A stretch of 63,171 nt of DNA from positions 1-63,171 of the forward strand of contig JAZKGO010000001.1 of the NCBI GenBank assembly GCA_040385875.1, read 5' to 3'. Position numbers and translations under genes: made by a program. This document shows positions 10,469 through 19,712 of this stretch, piece by piece. The stretch's first letter is position 1, and each line of letters opens with the position of its first letter. Source of the DNA: Bacteroidota bacterium. GTDB taxonomy: Bacteria; Bacteroidota; Bacteroidia; Cytophagales; Spirosomataceae. Under the pieces are notes generated by a model. It did not search any database. It was not told the origin of the DNA and saw nothing but the letters and a program-made list of their open reading frames with translations.

Positions 10469-12421
10469 ATGAAAAAACTACAAATTTTTATTACACTCTT
10501 CCCTTTTTGGGCATTTGGGCAAACGGCTGATTACCCCATTCAGCCAGTCGATTTTACAAAAGTGAAAATTACGGGTGGTTTTTGGAAAAGTCGATTGGAC
10601 ACGGTTTCGCATCGCACAATTCCGTACGCATTTCAAAAATGTGAGGAAACTGGTCGTATTAATAATTTCATTTTTGCAGGAAAACTTGCCGAAGGGAAAT
10701 TCAAAGGGAGCTTTGGTTTTGACGATTCCGATGTTTACAAGATTATGGAAGGTGCTTCTTATGCACTCATGAATGAAGCCAACCCAAAAATGGATGCCTA
10801 TTTGGATAAAATAATCAGCTATATGGCTGCTGCTCAGGAGCCTGACGGTTATTTGTACACGGCTTGGTCGCTCAAAGCCAACGATTACAACAAGTTTCAA
10901 TGTTGCACATATGACCCAGCTGGCAAGTTTGTGGGCGATAAAATGAGTCATGAACTCTATAATGCGGGCCATATGTACGAGGCCGCCGTGGCACATTATC
11001 GAGCTACTAAAAAGAAAACTTTCCTCAATATTGCCACAAAAAATGCCGACTTAATTTATCATTTGGCAGTTGATAAAAAACAGGGATTCTACTCAGGCCA
11101 TCAAGAGATTGAAGTAGGTTTAATCAAACTTTATCGGGTTACCAACGACAAAAAATATCTCGATTTGGCAAAATTACTTTTGGAAAGAAGAGGAAAAACT
11201 GGCGATAAAACAGCCAAAGGAATTCACCAAGATACCTATGCACAAGATCATATACCCGTTGTGGATCAAACAGAGGCAGTTGGCCACTCTGTGCGAGCCG
11301 TTTATATGTATTCTGCCATGGCTGATATTGCAGCCATTACTGGCGATAAAGCCTATTTAAACGCAGTTGATAAGCTCTGGACGAATATTGTAAGTAAAAA
11401 AATGTACATAACAGGTGGGCTTGGTTCCGCCCCAGGCATTGAGGGTTTTGACGCCGCCTATGAGCTTCCCAACAATGCTTATGCTGAAACTTGTGCAGCG
11501 ATTGCCAACGTTTATTGGAACCACCGAATGTTTCTTTTGCATGGCGAGGCCAAATATATGGACGTGTTAGAGCGCTCACTTTACAACGGTTTAATGGCTG
11601 GAATTTCGTTGGAAGGTGAGAAGTTTTTTTACCCCAATCCACTGGTTTTTGATGGAAAAGCAAAGTTCAATCAAGGTGCAAATTGCCGAAGCTCTTGGTT
11701 CGATTGCTCTTGCTGCCCATCCAACCTTTCCCGTTTTGTGCCCTCGGTTTCGGGTTATGTATATGGTGTAAAAAATAATAATGTATATATCAACCTATTT
11801 ATGGACTCAAAAGCCTCATTATCAGTAGGTAACAAAAATTTTGAACTCACTCAAAAGACAAATTACCCATGGGCAGGCAATGTGGAAATGATAATTGGGA
11901 GTGCAACGGGCAAAGCTACAAATCTCCAAATTCGTATACCAGGTTGGACACAAAATGAAGCTGTACCAAGTGATTTATATACTTTTATCACCAAAACGAA
12001 TCAAAAAACAAGTATAAAAATCAACGGAAAATCAGTTGCTTACAAGATTGAAAACGGATATGCTTCTGTTTCAAAAACATGGAAAAAAGGAGATAAAATA
12101 ACAGTTGATTTCCCGATGGAATCTAAAATAATTGAAAGCCATCCAAACATCAAAACTAACTTAAACACCCTTGCTGTGCAGCGTGGGCCAATGTTGTATT
12201 GTGCAGAAGGAGTTGATAACCAAAATCAGGAGCTATCAATAGATCAAAGTTCAAGCTGGATACCAGATTATCAAGCACAGTTTTTGAATGGTGTGACAAT
12301 TCTAAAAGGAAAGGGTTATGACAAGCTAAATCAGAAACCAACTAATATTACACTTGTTCCTTACGTAGTTTGGAGCCATCGTGAAATCAGTCCTATGGCG
12401 GTTTGGTTAAATAAAAAATAA
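10469..12421 (+). CDS. GH127 beta-L-arabinofuranosidase (DUF1680 family)
   Basis: 650-aa ORF with a signal peptide. It shows the typical GH127 layout, including the HE.YN.GH..EA and ETCA blocks and the Cys-rich WFDCSCCPSN motif. Confidence 0.85.
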   Translation: MKKLQIFITLFPFWAFGQTADYPIQPVDFTKVKITGGFWKSRLDTVSHRTIPYAFQKCEETGRINNFIFAGKLAEGKFKGSFGFDDSDVYKIMEGASYALMNEANPKMDAYLDKIISYMAAAQEPDGYLYTAWSLKANDYNKFQCCTYDPAGKFVGDKMSHELYNAGHMYEAAVAHYRATKKKTFLNIATKNADLIYHLAVDKKQGFYSGHQEIEVGLIKLYRVTNDKKYLDLAKLLLERRGKTGDKTAKGIHQDTYAQDHIPVVDQTEAVGHSVRAVYMYSAMADIAAITGDKAYLNAVDKLWTNIVSKKMYITGGLGSAPGIEGFDAAYELPNNAYAETCAAIANVYWNHRMFLLHGEAKYMDVLERSLYNGLMAGISLEGEKFFYPNPLVFDGKAKFNQGANCRSSWFDCSCCPSNLSRFVPSVSGYVYGVKNNNVYINLFMDSKASLSVGNKNFELTQKTNYPWAGNVEMIIGSATGKATNLQIRIPGWTQNEAVPSDLYTFITKTNQKTSIKINGKSVAYKIENGYASVSKTWKKGDKITVDFPMESKIIESHPNIKTNLNTLAVQRGPMLYCAEGVDNQNQELSIDQSSSWIPDYQAQFLNGVTILKGKGYDKLNQKPTNITLVPYVVWSHREISPMAVWLNKK

Positions 12422-12515
12422 TGACAATTATTCCAAGGCTAAAAGAAGTCATGCTATTTCTTAATTATAATATTTTTAGAAGAAATATTTGACAAATTCA
12501 AATAAATAGATTAAT

Positions 12516-12536
12516 ATTGTGTCAATAATACACAAT
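12516..12536. promoter_or_regulatory. Candidate AraR (NrtR-type) operator, autoregulatory position
   Basis: Perfect 7-7-7 palindrome ATTGTGT-caataat-ACACAAT, 33 bp upstream of the regulator ATG at 12569. Confidence 0.45.
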
Positions 12537-12568
12537 TAGTTTTTGCCTCTAATCTCACTAAAAAATAA

Positions 12569-13267
12569 ATGGAAAAATATCCCAATAAAACCCGGCTACT
12601 CGTTGCACTAGATTGCATTGTATTCGGTTTTGATGGAGAGGAGTTAAAAATGTTAATCATCAAACGAAATTTTGAGCCTGAAAAAGGTAACTGGTCATTA
12701 ATGGGTGGCTTCGTTGGAAAAGAAGAAGACCTTGAAGTGGCTGCTAACCGTATTTTATACGAATTAACTGGCTTAAAAGACATTTATTTTGAAGAAATTA
12801 AAACATTTGGCAAAGTAAGTCGTGACCCGGTGGAGCGCACGATTTCAATTTGTTTTTTCGCATTGATCAATATACACGCTCATGATCAAGATTCAGCTAA
12901 ATCACAAAATGCTTTTTGGATAAGTCTTAAAAATAAACCCAATTTAATATTTGACCATAACGAAATGGTGGATTTGGCATTGGAAAAATTGAGATATAAA
13001 GCGGCATTACATCCAATAGGTTTTGAGTTGTTGCCAGATAAATTTTCGATTCCGCAATTGCAAAAATTGTATGAGGCTATTTATGATAACCCTGTTGATC
13101 GTCGAAATTTTAGCAGAAAGATTCTTTCCACAAATTTGTTAATTGATACCTCAGAAAAGGACGAAAAATCGACAACAAAAAAGGCAATTTTGTACAAATT
13201 GAATCAAGATAAATATCAGAGACAGTTTAATGCCTTTCATTATTTTATTTCAGAATCAATGAGGTAA
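12569..13267 (+). CDS. araR: Nudix-domain / winged-helix transcriptional regulator of the NrtR family (Bacteroidota-type arabinose regulator AraR)
   Basis: 232-aa ORF. The N-terminal Nudix fold has a degenerate Nudix box (GNWSLMGGFV..EEDLEVAANRILYELTG). The C-terminal wHTH has ...QLQKLYEAIY....DRRNFSRK.... The gene sits directly upstream of araBAD, as in Bacteroides. Confidence 0.8.
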   Translation: MEKYPNKTRLLVALDCIVFGFDGEELKMLIIKRNFEPEKGNWSLMGGFVGKEEDLEVAANRILYELTGLKDIYFEEIKTFGKVSRDPVERTISICFFALINIHAHDQDSAKSQNAFWISLKNKPNLIFDHNEMVDLALEKLRYKAALHPIGFELLPDKFSIPQLQKLYEAIYDNPVDRRNFSRKILSTNLLIDTSEKDEKSTTKKAILYKLNQDKYQRQFNAFHYFISESMR

Positions 13268-13438
13268 TTGTCGATAAATGGAGATTTCGAATTAATTGGG
13301 CCTATTATTAGGATTCAATAAAGTTTAGAAATAGTGAAATTCAATGTAGGCCAATAGAGACTAACTTCAATTTTTGATTGAATGCTATTCCAAACTTACT
13401 TTTAGCCATTTAAATGTGTCAAAACACACTAAAATAGA

Positions 13439-15076
13439 ATGAATAACAAATATACAATCGGGCTTGACTACGGGACTGATTCCGTTCGAGCTTTGGTAGT
13501 AAATACACAGACTGGCAGTGCTGAAGGTACTGCTGTACATTACTACCAACGTTGGAAACAAGGGCTATTCTGTGACTCTTCAATTTCACAATTTAGGCAG
13601 CATCCCTTGGATTATTTGGAGGGCTTGGAAAATGCCATTAATGGGGCTTTGTCACAAGTTTCGGACGAAGTTCGTCAAAATATTGTCGGAATATCCATTG
13701 ATACCACTGGCTCTACTCCAGTGGCAGTTGATCAAAACGGCACTCCATTATCACTATTGCCAGCATTTGCTAATAATCCAAATGGAATGTTTATTTTGTG
13801 GAAAGACCACACCGCCAATACCGAAGCCGAAGAAATCAACCTTCTTGCACATCTTTGGGATATCGATTATACCAAATATGTGGGTGGAATCTACTCCTCG
13901 GAATGGTTCTGGGCAAAAATTTTACGGACATTAAGAGTCGATGAAAAAATAAGGGAAAAAGCCTATTCTTGGGTTGAACATTGCGATTGGATTTCGGCAG
14001 TGCTTACTGGCAATACCGATCCCATAACGATGAAACGCTCTCGCTGTGCAGCTGGCCATAAAGCGATGTGGCATCCCGATTTTGATGGACTGCCGTCGGA
14101 TGAGTTTTTTACAAAACTAGACCCATTATTAGCTGGATTAAGAGAGCAGTTTTTTCAAAATACCTATACTTCTGATACTTCAATGGGTAATATTTCGGCA
14201 GAATGGGCTACTAAACTAGGCCTTTCACCCGAGGTGAAAATTGGAGTAGGTGCCTTTGATTGCCATATGGGTGCTGTCGGGGCTGAAATAGAACCTTATG
14301 ATTTTGTAAGAGTAATGGGTACTTCCACATGTGACATGCTCATTGCACCTAATGAAGAAATCGGTCATTTATTGATTAAAGGAATTTGTGGCCAGGTTGA
14401 TGGCTCGATCATCCCTAATATGTTGGGCATGGAAGCGGGCCAGTCGGCCTATGGAGATTATTATGCCTGGTTTCAAAAAATTATTACTGAACCAGTTAGA
14501 GCTATTTTAGGAGAAGAAGCTGCCAATGATTTAGCTACTAAACTAATCCCTTATTTATCCGACCAAGCTTCAAAAATTCCGATTTCGGAGGAAGATCCAG
14601 TGGCTTTAGATTGGATTAACGGTCGCCGCACGCCCGATGCCAATCATACTTTGAAGGCAGCCATTTCGGGTCTGAATTTAGGGACGGATGCCATTGGCTT
14701 TTTCAAAGCAATAGTGGAAGCTACCGCCTTTGGCTCCAAAGCCATTGTGGATCGATTTATTGAAGAGGGGGTTTCTATTAAACAAGTAATTGCCATTGGT
14801 GGAGTAGCAAAAAAATCACCCTATGTGATGCAAACATTGGCTGATGTACTCAATATGCCCATCAAAGTGGCTAGCTCCGATCAGGCTTGTGCTTTGGGAG
14901 CCGCCATGAATGCCTCTGTAGTGGCAGGTGTTCATAACAATTTATTGGAAGCTCAAAAAGCGATGGGATCTGGCTTCGATGCAGTTTACCAACCCAATGA
15001 GGCCAAAACAAAAATATTTTTAAAACTATATCTCAAATATCAAAAATTAGGAAAACACATAGAACAAAATGATTAA
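13439..15076 (+). CDS. araB: Ribulokinase
   Basis: 545-aa ORF of the FGGY kinase family with N-terminal [15 protein letters not shown]. Length and blocks are typical of AraB, and it overlaps araA by 8 nt. Confidence 0.92.
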   Translation: MNNKYTIGLDYGTDSVRALVVNTQTGSAEGTAVHYYQRWKQGLFCDSSISQFRQHPLDYLEGLENAINGALSQVSDEVRQNIVGISIDTTGSTPVAVDQNGTPLSLLPAFANNPNGMFILWKDHTANTEAEEINLLAHLWDIDYTKYVGGIYSSEWFWAKILRTLRVDEKIREKAYSWVEHCDWISAVLTGNTDPITMKRSRCAAGHKAMWHPDFDGLPSDEFFTKLDPLLAGLREQFFQNTYTSDTSMGNISAEWATKLGLSPEVKIGVGAFDCHMGAVGAEIEPYDFVRVMGTSTCDMLIAPNEEIGHLLIKGICGQVDGSIIPNMLGMEAGQSAYGDYYAWFQKIITEPVRAILGEEAANDLATKLIPYLSDQASKIPISEEDPVALDWINGRRTPDANHTLKAAISGLNLGTDAIGFFKAIVEATAFGSKAIVDRFIEEGVSIKQVIAIGGVAKKSPYVMQTLADVLNMPIKVASSDQACALGAAMNASVVAGVHNNLLEAQKAMGSGFDAVYQPNEAKTKIFLKLYLKYQKLGKHIEQND

Positions 15077-16559
15077 CATAAAAAATAAAGAGATATGGTT
15101 CGTTACAGGTAGCCAACATTTATATGGGGAGGAAACGCTGAGAAAAGTAGATGAACATTCAAAAATCATCGCCGATTCATTGAATAATTCTGAAAAGATC
15201 CCTGTAAAAGTGATATTTAAACCCGTTGTGAAAACTCCAGATGAGATTACCAATATTTGCATTGAGGCTAATTACGATAAAAATTGTGTGGGTATCATCA
15301 CTTGGATGCATACTTTCTCCCCATCCAAAATGTGGATTAATGGCCTCAATACTTTGGCCTTACCGATTTTGCATTTACATACTCAATTCAACAGAGACAT
15401 CCCTTTTGCTGAGATTGATATGGATTTTATGAATCTGAACCAGTCGGCTCACGGCGATCGAGAATTTGGTTTTATGATGACAAGAATGCGAATCAATCGA
15501 AAAGTGGTGGTGGGTCATTGGCAAAGTGAGTCAGTGGAAGAGAAAATTGGTATTTGGAGCAGAGTGGCTATGGCCAAGGATAAAATGAAAACCATGAAAT
15601 TGGTCCGTTTTGGAGATAATATGCGCCAAGTAGCCGTTACAGATGGCGACAAAGTGGCGGCTGAAATGAAATTTGGCTTTTCGGTTAACACCCATGGGGT
15701 AGGTGATTTGGTGAAAGTAATTAACCAGTTTTCAGAAATTGAAATTGAAAATTTGATTCAAGAGTACGAAGATACTTATGATCTGATGCCATCATTGGCC
15801 AAAAATGGCTCAATGAGACCTTCTTTAGTGGAGGCAGCCCGAATCGAATTGGGTTTAAAAGCCTTTTTGGAAGAGGGAGATTTTTCAGCCTATACCAATA
15901 CATTTGAAGACTTACATGGAATGCGCCAACTCCCTGGAATCGGCTCTCAACGTATGATGGCCGCTGGCTATGGTTATGGTGGAGAAGGCGACTGGAAAAC
16001 TTCGGCGATGGTACATATTATGAAAGTAATGGGTATTGGGCTTCCGGGTGGCAACTCTTTTATGGAAGATTATACGTATCATTTCGATCCAACCAATCCG
16101 ATGGTTCTGGGCTCACATATGTTGGAAATATGCCCATCCATTGCAAAAGGAAAGGTAAGCTGCGAAGTGCATCCTTTGGGAATCGGAGGAAAAGAAGACC
16201 CCGTTCGTTTGGTTTTCGATGTTCCTGCTGGTCCTGCCATCAATGTTTCGTTGATAGATATGGGCAATCGTTTTCGCTTAATTGTCAATGAAGTAGAAGC
16301 GGTGGAAATAAAAGAAAAATTCCCTAAATTGCCGACTGCAAGAGCATTATGGAAGCCACTGCCTAATATGGAAATTGGTTTACAAGCATGGATATTGGCA
16401 GGAGGAGCCCACCACACAGTTTATAGTCAAAATATCAGTACCGAATACCTAGAAGACTTTGCAGATATGTTTGATCTTGAATTAGTGGTGATTGATAAAG
16501 ATACTACCATAAGAGGTTTGAAGGGAGAGTTGAGGTTAGGGGAAATCGGGTTTAGGTAG
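15069..16559 (+). CDS. araA: L-arabinose isomerase
   Basis: 496-aa ORF with the blocks [33 protein letters not shown] and GAHHTV. Confidence 0.95.
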   Translation: MINIKNKEIWFVTGSQHLYGEETLRKVDEHSKIIADSLNNSEKIPVKVIFKPVVKTPDEITNICIEANYDKNCVGIITWMHTFSPSKMWINGLNTLALPILHLHTQFNRDIPFAEIDMDFMNLNQSAHGDREFGFMMTRMRINRKVVVGHWQSESVEEKIGIWSRVAMAKDKMKTMKLVRFGDNMRQVAVTDGDKVAAEMKFGFSVNTHGVGDLVKVINQFSEIEIENLIQEYEDTYDLMPSLAKNGSMRPSLVEAARIELGLKAFLEEGDFSAYTNTFEDLHGMRQLPGIGSQRMMAAGYGYGGEGDWKTSAMVHIMKVMGIGLPGGNSFMEDYTYHFDPTNPMVLGSHMLEICPSIAKGKVSCEVHPLGIGGKEDPVRLVFDVPAGPAINVSLIDMGNRFRLIVNEVEAVEIKEKFPKLPTARALWKPLPNMEIGLQAWILAGGAHHTVYSQNISTEYLEDFADMFDLELVVIDKDTTIRGLKGELRLGEIGFR

Positions 16560-16596
16560 GTGGTTAGGATTTAGTTTTTAGGGATTAGGGGGCTAG
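16536..16596 (+). repeat. G-rich TTAGG(G) heptamer-phased repeat run that starts inside the last araA codons
   Basis: ttagg at 16536, 16552 and 16564; ttag at 16571; ttaggg at 16578; ttaggggg at 16585. The last four are in exact 7-nt phase. The run is complementary to the C-rich arrays at 16775-16820 and 17210-17237. Confidence 0.8.
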
Positions 16597-16774
16597 TCTG
16601 CAAGTATTTTTGGTCACTATTTTTATTTCTTCATTGTTTTAAAAAACAATATTTAAAATAATAATGAAGTTTAAAAACTAAAAAATATTGCTGTAATTTA
16701 AAATCAAAAAAAACCAAAGGACAAAATTCAAATTAGTAAATTCTAAAGTAAAAACCGTAAATGAAAAACTAAAT

Positions 16775-16820
16775 CCTAAAACCTAATCCCTAAATCCTAA
16801 CCCAAAACCCTAATGCCTAA
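16775..16820 (+). repeat. About 7 phased CCTAA(A) heptamers (plant-telomere-like CCCTAAA) ending 3 nt before the four-helix ORF
   Basis: cctaa starts at 16775, 16782, 16789, 16796, (16803 degenerate), 16809 and 16816. Confidence 0.8.
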
Positions 16821-16823
16821 AAA

Positions 16824-17222
16824 ATGATGAAAATATCTAGCTATCGAGACTTATTAGTTTGGCAAAAATCTATGGATTGGACAGTAAAGATTTATAAAAT
16901 TACAAGTTCGTTTCGTAATGAAGAACTATATGGTTTGACAAGTCAGCTAAGAAAATCTTCGAGTGCTATTCCTTCAAATATAGCAGAAGGTTTTGGAAGA
17001 AAAACCACGAAAGACTATTTGAGATTTTTAAATATAGCCTTAGCTAGCTCATTTGAGGCTTTAACACAAATAGAGCTTTCATTCAGAATTGGCTATATCG
17101 CCAAGAATATTTTTGATGAATTGTTTATGGAAGGGGAAGAAATTGGAAAAATGTTAAATGGATTAATTTCCAAATTAGAAAGCAAAATTTCGAATAGCCA
17201 GTCACTAAGCCCAAACCCCTAA
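16824..17222 (+). CDS. Four-helix-bundle protein (23S rRNA intervening-sequence protein family; same fold family as DGR Avd)
   Basis: 132-aa ORF. YRDLLVWQKSMDW...Y.IT..F...E.YGLTSQLRKSSSAIPSNIAEGFGR.T.KDYLRFL.IA..S..E..TQ is the hallmark sequence of this family. Confidence 0.85.
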   Translation: MMKISSYRDLLVWQKSMDWTVKIYKITSSFRNEELYGLTSQLRKSSSAIPSNIAEGFGRKTTKDYLRFLNIALASSFEALTQIELSFRIGYIAKNIFDELFMEGEEIGKMLNGLISKLESKISNSQSLSPNP

Positions 17223-17237
17223 ATCCTAAACCCAATA
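17210..17237 (+). repeat. Four more CCCTAAA-like heptamers that span the ORF stop codon and abut the araD ATG
   Basis: cccaaac / ccctaaa / tcctaaa / cccaata. The TAA stop at 17220-17222 lies inside a repeat unit. Confidence 0.7.
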
Positions 17238-17941
17238 TGAGCAATTTCAAATCACTTAAACAAGAATGCTACGAAGCCAATATGCGGCTACCAAAGCTCG
17301 GTTTGGTGCTTTTTACATTCGGAAATGTAAGTGCGGTTGATAGGGAAAAAGCTGTTTTTGCTATTAAACCCTCTGGAGTGGATTACGATTTATTAAAGCC
17401 TGAAGACATCGTGATAATGGATTATGATGCCCAAGTGGTAGAAGGCAAAATGCGGCCTTCCTCCGATACCAAAACACATGCTCAATTATATAAAAACTGG
17501 GCGGACATCGGCGGGATTACTCATACCCATAGCACCTATGCAGTCGCTTGGGCTCAAGCTGGTTTGGACATTCCAATTTTTGGTACAACCCATGCCGATC
17601 ATACTCATCAAGACATTCCGTGTGCTACTGTACTTACTGATGAAATGATTAAAGGGGATTATGAATTTGAAACGGGCAACCAAATTTTTGATTGCTTTAA
17701 TGGAAAGGGGCTTTCGCATAAAGAAGTTGAAATGGTCCTTTTGCAAAATCATGGGCCTTTTACCTGGGGAAAAAATGCAGAAAAGTCCGTATACAATGCG
17801 GCAGTTTTAGAAGAAATTGCTCGAATGGCTTATTTGACTTTACAGATTAATCCGCTTACTCCAAGAATTAAGGATACGCTTCGATTGAAACATTTTGAAA
17901 GAAAACATGGTAAAAATGCCTATTATGGTCAAGGATGCTAA
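17237..17941 (+). CDS. araD: L-ribulose-5-phosphate 4-epimerase
   Basis: 234-aa ORF of the class II aldolase/adducin fold, with FGNVSAVDRE, IKPSGVDYD, HTHS and HGPFTWG. Confidence 0.92.
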   Translation: MSNFKSLKQECYEANMRLPKLGLVLFTFGNVSAVDREKAVFAIKPSGVDYDLLKPEDIVIMDYDAQVVEGKMRPSSDTKTHAQLYKNWADIGGITHTHSTYAVAWAQAGLDIPIFGTTHADHTHQDIPCATVLTDEMIKGDYEFETGNQIFDCFNGKGLSHKEVEMVLLQNHGPFTWGKNAEKSVYNAAVLEEIARMAYLTLQINPLTPRIKDTLRLKHFERKHGKNAYYGQGC

Positions 17942-17992
17942 AGCCCCCTAGCCCCCCGCTGACAACAAAATATAAATCGTAATTTTAATATT

Positions 17993-18034
17993 CATAACTC
18001 TAAACTCATAAATCACAACCAATAACCCAATACC
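17993..18034 (+). repeat. Six C/A-rich, G-free heptamer-phased units immediately upstream of the symporter ATG
   Basis: cataact / ctaaact / cataaat / cacaacc / aataacc / caatacc. Confidence 0.5.
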
Positions 18035-18035
18035 T

Positions 18036-19694
18036 ATGACCTCTCTCGGCCTCGAAACCCTCGATTACGCTATCTTTTTGATTTATTTTGTAATAGTTTC
18101 AACTTATGGTTATTGGATTTACAAAAACAAGGGGAAAAAAACATCAGACAGTAAAGATTTTTTTCTAGCTGAAGGCTCCCTTACCTGGTGGGCAATTGGC
18201 GCTTCAATTATTGCATCCAATATTTCAGCCGAACAGTTCATCGGTATGAGTGGGCAGGCCTTTCAACTGGGAATAGCCATATCAGTTTATGAACTTTTAG
18301 GTGGGGTCTCGCTCATTATTGTGGCGGTATATTTCTTGCCAATGTACCTCAACAATAAGATATTCACCATGCCACAGTTTTTGGCAAAACGTTATGACGA
18401 CCGTCTAGCCACCATAATGGCAGTATTTTGGTTGTTTTTATACATTTTCGTAAACCTAACTTCTATCATTTATTTAGGTGGATTAAGCTTGGAAAAAATG
18501 ACAGGCTTTAGCTTTATGACTTGTGCTATTTTCTTGACAATTTTTGCCGTAATTATAACTTTAGGCGGCATGAAAGTGATCGGTTATACGGATGTAATAC
18601 AGGTTGTTTGCCTAATTTTTGGTGGCCTTGCCACTACCTATATTGCATTAGGATTATTGTCGGATAAAGTGGGCACAGGTGCTGGAATGTTTGAAGGGTT
18701 GAGCCTAATCGCACAAAAAGCCGATAGCCATTTACATATGATTTTTACACCCAATCAATACCAAGTGCATGATGGCAAAGGGGGCTTTATCGATGCTTAT
18801 CGTCAGTTGCCAGGCATCATGATGTTTATTATTGGAGGCCAATGGGTAAATAATTTAAACTATTTTGGCTGTAACCAATACATGACTCAACGGGCTTTGG
18901 GTGCCGATATCAATACCGCCAGAAAAGGAGTGCTTTTTGCTGCAGGTATGAAAATGCTCATGCCAATTATTGTGGTACTCCCAGGCCTAGCCGCATTTGT
19001 GCTTTTCCAGGAAAATGCCGATGCCAACATAGTAAATGGCATTACTCAAAATGGAATTGTAAAGCCTGATAACGCTTATCCAGTATTATTAAATTTACTT
19101 CCGGTTGGCTTAAAAGGATTGGCCTTCGCCGCCCTCACCGCTGCTATTGTGGCTTCTTTAGCTGGAAAAGCCAATAGTATTTCAACCATTTACGTTTTAG
19201 ATATTCATAAGAAGTTTTTCAATAAAAACATTACTGAAAAACAAACTGTTTGGACAGGCCGTTTGGTGATTGTAATTGCCTTTATTATTGCCTTGATAGT
19301 GAGCCCATTATTGGCTAATTTTGGTCAGGCATTTGAATATATTCAGGTGTATACGGGTTATATTTCGCCAGGTATTTTGAGTATATTTTTGTTAGGTTTT
19401 TTCTGGAAAAAAGCCACCGCCAATGGAGCTTTAACAGCGGCCATTTTAAGTATTGCTTTATCTGCGGTTATCGAGCAAATGTACCCAGACTTTCCATTTA
19501 TGAATCGTATGGGTGTCGTGTTCTGGATATGCTCGCTGGTACATATACTTATCAGCCTCATACAAGGCAAGGGCAAAGACAATGTAAATTCGTTTGAAGT
19601 ACGAAAAGAATGGTTTAAGGTCGATAAAATATTTGCCGTTGGTGCTCTTCTAATCATTACAATTTTTATTATTATTTATACAATCTTTTGGTAA
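18036..19694 (+). CDS. Sodium:solute symporter (SSS family), probable arabinose/pentose importer
   Basis: 552-aa polytopic membrane ORF with an SSS-type N-terminus (FFLAEGSLTWWAIGASIIASNISAEQFIGMSG). It lies in the ara operon. Confidence 0.85.
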   Translation: MTSLGLETLDYAIFLIYFVIVSTYGYWIYKNKGKKTSDSKDFFLAEGSLTWWAIGASIIASNISAEQFIGMSGQAFQLGIAISVYELLGGVSLIIVAVYFLPMYLNNKIFTMPQFLAKRYDDRLATIMAVFWLFLYIFVNLTSIIYLGGLSLEKMTGFSFMTCAIFLTIFAVIITLGGMKVIGYTDVIQVVCLIFGGLATTYIALGLLSDKVGTGAGMFEGLSLIAQKADSHLHMIFTPNQYQVHDGKGGFIDAYRQLPGIMMFIIGGQWVNNLNYFGCNQYMTQRALGADINTARKGVLFAAGMKMLMPIIVVLPGLAAFVLFQENADANIVNGITQNGIVKPDNAYPVLLNLLPVGLKGLAFAALTAAIVASLAGKANSISTIYVLDIHKKFFNKNITEKQTVWTGRLVIVIAFIIALIVSPLLANFGQAFEYIQVYTGYISPGILSIFLLGFFWKKATANGALTAAILSIALSAVIEQMYPDFPFMNRMGVVFWICSLVHILISLIQGKGKDNVNSFEVRKEWFKVDKIFAVGALLIITIFIIIYTIFW

Positions 19695-19712
19695 TTTTTT
19701 AATCTTATAAAA

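Noticed and set aside
10478-10996. 172-aa antisense ORF inside the GH127 gene. Similar shadow ORFs include 7046-7429, 2209-2565, 5681-6034, 31646-31990 and 42594-42914.
   Set aside because: They lie entirely within well-supported genes on the opposite strand and have low-complexity or odd composition. They show no motifs and are typical shadow ORFs of AT-rich genomes.
13415-13428. TGTGT-caaa-ACACA before araB as a bona fide AraR operator.
   Set aside because: Its spacer is 3 nt shorter than in the 12516-12536 palindrome and its arms are only 5 bp. I keep it as a weak supporting observation, not a feature.
16560-16823. Possible CRISPR-like array or small RNA gene in the 264-bp araA/four-helix gap.
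   Set aside because: The repeat unit is only 7 nt with no spacers of defined length. There are no cas genes and no tRNA-like or known ncRNA motifs. It is better described as low-complexity inverted heptamers.
16536-17237. TTAGGG/CCCTAAA-type repeats might indicate a telomere, a linear-replicon end or eukaryotic contamination.
   Set aside because: The arrays are short (4-7 degenerate units) and internal. They are flanked on both sides by an intact bacterial ara operon, and they occur in both orientations within 700 bp. They behave as local inverted repeats, not chromosome ends.
16588-17956. The 9-bp GC-rich inverted pair (gggggctag / ctagccccc) as the termini of a mobile element carrying the four-helix ORF plus araD.
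   Set aside because: A single 9-mer pair cannot be distinguished from chance. araD is an essential pathway gene, not cargo-like, and no target-site duplication is visible.
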